This document shows positions 63,321 through 64,000 of a stretch of DNA of 64,000 nt, piece after piece (the first letter of the stretch is position 1; the number at the start of each line of letters is the position of its first letter). Source of the DNA: Chiloscyllium plagiosum. Taxonomy: Eukaryota. The notes under the pieces were generated by a model. The model was not told the DNA's origin and did not search any database. It saw nothing but the letters and a program-made list of their open reading frames with translations. The position numbers and the translations under genes were made by a program. The DNA lies in assembly GCF_004010195.1 (NCBI RefSeq), contig NC_057759.1:2275199-2339198 (forward strand). Direction: 5' to 3'.

Positions 63321-64000
63321 CAAGGGAAATATCGTAAGTGAGAGGACGAGCAGCAGACCATTTACGCCCCCCGCCGCCTCCCCACCAAACCTGATCTGCT
63401 AATCAGCAGGATCATGGCTGCTTCAACAGTTTTCACATTCATTTTTCTGCCCTTTCTCTGTTACCCTTTTATTCTCTGACTGATGAAGAGCCCATCTCAG
63501 TCTTAAATACAGACAAAGATTATGATTAACTCAGTGCGCATCTTCATACTAACAGTTATATCATGTGTTGGGAGCACTGTAGATAGAACTTGAATCGCTG
63601 CCAAACGTTCCCCCTTTCCGTGCTTGAGCTACATCAGTGAGGGAGAGACGGTAAACAAAGCCAGAGACTTCCCAAGCTCTGCAGCACTCAGGGTTCTGTT
63701 GCAATCCACTGGGTCTGTCCGATTCGAGGTACAGGACCATTCCCAGGAAATGGAACATTCCAATCTGGGCCCTGAGGAAGCAACAGAGTCTTAATTGTAA
63801 AGTTGTAAAAGGAAGCTTTAGAGTGGTTTTCTGGAAGCATTGCATAATCCAGAAGGTAGGGTGCAATGGACAGGAAGGATTGGAACCCACAGCCTGGGAT
63901 GTGGGCACCACTGTCTGGCCACCACTTATTCCCCGTCCCTAGTTGCCTTTGAGAAGGTGTTTGTAGCCTACATTGCCTTCTGAGACCACTACAGCGCATG

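Overview
Eukaryotic, repeat-saturated genomic DNA, most likely from a shark or other elasmobranch (inferred from HE1-like tRNA-derived SINEs, dominant CR1 LINEs and a GPR139-like receptor of the type expanded in sharks). No complete intact protein-coding gene is visible. Host-derived content: the 3' end of a replication-dependent histone H3 gene (stem-loop and promoter present, centre in an assembly gap) and a GPR139-like GPCR pseudogene exon. Mobile content: many CR1 LINEs (two nearly full length), a Penelope-like element (RT + GIY-YIG), two gag-bearing Gypsy-type LTR retrotransposon remnants, an old internally deleted endogenous retrovirus (LTRs, tRNA-Ser PBS, PPT, integrase fragment, gamma-type env), SINEs and four minisatellites. 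The most striking unannotated signal is a set of minimal hammerhead-ribozyme motifs (CTGAnGA-stem-GAAA-palindrome-UH) in at least three sequence families. They occur in the Penelope terminal repeats and in short fold-back elements, one of which has a clean 14-bp target-site duplication. All assignments come from reading the sequence by eye, without database searches, and boundaries of decayed repeats are approximate.
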